Below, piece by piece: positions 45,882 to 47,711 of a stretch of 47,711 nucleotides of DNA (position 1 is its first letter; each line of letters begins with the position of its first letter). The translations under genes were made by a program, and so were the position numbers. Source of the DNA: a virus. The notes beneath the pieces were generated by a model, which saw only the letters and a list, made by a program, of their open reading frames with translations, was not told the DNA's origin and did not search any database. Location: IMG/VR virus record IMGVR_UViG_3300036888_000141, positions 1 to 47,711 of that record; one strand, given 5' to 3'.

Positions 45882-47150
45882 ATGGTTGGAACTTATCTTG
45901 ATTGGAGTATTGGCGGTTTAGTACCTACTTGGATTGTTGATGTGAAATGGGGTTTCGGAGGAGCTTCTAGTAGTTCAGGTTCTAGTGCGGGAAGAGCAGA
46001 TAGTACGGTTACGCTTCATTGTGCTACTAAGACAAGAGATGAAATTGAAACATTTAAAACTTTAATGACACCGGTTTTTACTAATACTAATCTATTGAAT
46101 GGTGGAACAGATTTACAGGTTACTCCAGATGGTCAAATATTAACTATTGTGAATGGTTCTTATACATGGAATGGAATCATCTCAAGTGTTCAATTCGATG
46201 AAGATGAATACGCTACCATTGATGGGGATGCTGCGATTGAATTTGATATTATATTAGAATTGCAGAGAGGAGCGGGTGCTATTAGTGAAAATGTTGCTTG
46301 TGTTCCTGCTCAGATGACGGATAATGCTATTCAAATCAGTGCTGGATTCGATCAGCCGGATCAGATGATAGGTGAAAAGATTGATTTGGGAAGTACGCCG
46401 GGTGGAGTTACGATTAATGGAGATTTTAATACAGGGTGTGTTTGTTTTAATTGGGATGGAACTGGTAGAGTATTTATAGTTTCTGATCCAACTGCTGATC
46501 CGACTACTAATACTATTTTTACTGATGATGCGATGACTGTTACTAATAAAACTAATAGTCAAAGTTTGTATGCAACTAGTGGAAATGTAGGGAATGGTCA
46601 AGCTCAATATCCTGCTCCGGAGATAACTTCAATTCTTCAAGCGGGAAATAATTGTGTAAATGTTGTAATTCAGGATTTATATGGTGATTTAATCGGTTGC
46701 AGTGCATTATATATTGTGCAATATGAAGGTACTGGAAGTGGTTTATCAAGTGGAACTGGAACAGGAAGCGGTTCAGGTTCTGGAGGTTCGGGTTCAGGGA
46801 GTAATTTGGTTAAAGTGCAGATTACAGCAGGATTTGCTAGTACTACAGAAGTTCAGGGGAATGATTGGAATGTAGGAAAGTTTACTTTTAATTGGAATGG
46901 TCAGGGAAAGATTTATTTAGCCAGTCAGCAGGAAGTTTCGAATCCCACCTTGGATTTTATTCAGTTCTTCGAAAGTGCTACCATAGCAGGTAATTTAGGT
47001 GCTATTGCCACCGGTAATAATGTTATTCCTGATTTTGACATTACTAGTATTTGTCAAACAGGTAATAACACTATTGATATTACAATTCACAGTTCAGGTA
47101 ATGCTACTATTGGTTCGGGTCCTTTGTGGATTATTCAGATAAATTCTTAA
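45882..47150 (+). CDS. Tail-tip/adhesion protein with two copies of the same beta domain
   Basis: I..GF....F.W.G.G.....ITSI.Q.G.N.......IG...L.I motif twice, joined by a GS linker. Confidence 0.7.
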   Translation: MVGTYLDWSIGGLVPTWIVDVKWGFGGASSSSGSSAGRADSTVTLHCATKTRDEIETFKTLMTPVFTNTNLLNGGTDLQVTPDGQILTIVNGSYTWNGIISSVQFDEDEYATIDGDAAIEFDIILELQRGAGAISENVACVPAQMTDNAIQISAGFDQPDQMIGEKIDLGSTPGGVTINGDFNTGCVCFNWDGTGRVFIVSDPTADPTTNTIFTDDAMTVTNKTNSQSLYATSGNVGNGQAQYPAPEITSILQAGNNCVNVVIQDLYGDLIGCSALYIVQYEGTGSGLSSGTGTGSGSGSGGSGSGSNLVKVQITAGFASTTEVQGNDWNVGKFTFNWNGQGKIYLASQQEVSNPTLDFIQFFESATIAGNLGAIATGNNVIPDFDITSICQTGNNTIDITIHSSGNATIGSGPLWIIQINS

Positions 47151-47226
47151 AGGTTTTTTTATATTCTTTTTTTGAAGTTAATAAGGTAGATATGAAAACA
47201 ACATTTTTAAATTAGTTAATCCATGT

Positions 47227-47523
47227 TTAATCCTCTAAAGTTAATCCTATTGTATCTTGAAGTCTTAAGAAGTCTTCCCAATCCAAAAAAATATAATATT
47301 CCATCTCCTCATAATTACTAGATTCAAATTTAAAACTTGTCCCTTCTTCCATTATCTTATCAACAGTTTCTTTTAATTCATCATAATCCTTAAAAATTAA
47401 TTTAATCGTGTCTTGTGTCGGATAATCATGTTCCATCCCCAAATCACCCCTATTTTTACCCTTTTTTAATCTGGACATTCTCCTTCTATTAATCGTCTTC
47501 CCATAAAATTTTCCCTTTTCCAT
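47227..47523 (-). CDS. Hypothetical protein, convergent with the late operon
   Basis: ORF track; convergent T-rich terminator region at 47151-47226. Confidence 0.6.
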   Translation of the reverse strand: MEKGKFYGKTINRRRMSRLKKGKNRGDLGMEHDYPTQDTIKLIFKDYDELKETVDKIMEEGTSFKFESSNYEEMEYYIFLDWEDFLRLQDTIGLTLED

Positions 47524-47711
47524 GAAAATAACTCGTTAAAACTAATCAATTCTTTAATCATAAATTCAAATTCTTACCCTAAATCACATTTGCGTTTGTT
47601 TATCTTTAAATCTAGGGTATAGAATTCAATTTTATGATTTATTTTCTTTTTAAGATGATTTAATTCTTCAGAAGTTAATGAATCATCTACATCAAAACAT
47701 AACTTGCCCAT

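Larger units (their letters stand above)
1..47150. mobile_element. Archaeal tailed virus/provirus (siphovirus-like), ends not visible
   Basis: Colinear terS-terL-portal-MuF-protease-MCP-neck-tail tube-chaperone-tape measure-tail tip genes; early operon of small DNA-binding/Zn-finger genes. No integrase or att site seen in the window. Confidence 0.95.

Noticed and set aside
1430-46607. Numerous short track ORFs antisense to or out of frame within long genes (e.g. 10287, 13794, 22337, 25954, 38705, 46254)
   Set aside because: No RBS or motifs; fully nested in well-supported CDSs
47527-47548. ATAACTCGTTAAAACTAA resembling site A (minus) near the right end
   Set aside because: Needs an indel and lacks the second arm
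47524-47711. Possible partial minus-strand ORF at the window end
   Set aside because: Only 23 codons are visible; cannot be supported

Overview
This is a low-GC (AT-rich) window that is almost entirely one archaeal tailed virus or provirus (Caudoviricetes, HK97-fold capsid, long non-contractile tail). The host is inferred to be a Methanobacterium-like methanogen, based on GGAGGTG-type RBS, an HMf-type histone, an adhesin-like protein and DUF5518-like cargo. Layout: (1) a divergent switch with a minus-strand RHH gene (1-554); (2) an early/middle operon of small genes including a divergent histone-fold protein, two HNH-AP2 endonucleases, a degenerate tRNA-Thr-like element, an SSB-like protein and a split TFB-like pair (555-9080); (3) a hairpin-dense non-coding region (9058-9390); (4) membrane/lysis-like genes, then terS, terL, portal, MuF-like, protease-scaffold, MCP, neck, tail tube, a -1 frameshifted tail chaperone, tape measure and adhesion/tail-tip genes (9430-47150). 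No integrase, replicative helicase/polymerase or recognisable endolysin is visible in the window. The most striking observation is that host-like cargo islands between the core head genes are bounded by a recurring 27-28 bp inverted-repeat site (ACTTCGTWAWA-N5/6-TWTAACGAAGT). The site has Xer/dif-like 11+6+11 architecture and the same core as loxP, suggesting a site-specific-recombination gene-cassette system that loads accessory genes (protease-TA module, adhesin, response regulator, membrane proteins, and next to it a histone) into the virus. The ORF track mislabels 14664..15881: it is on the minus strand. All family assignments are by eye from motifs; no database searches were run.
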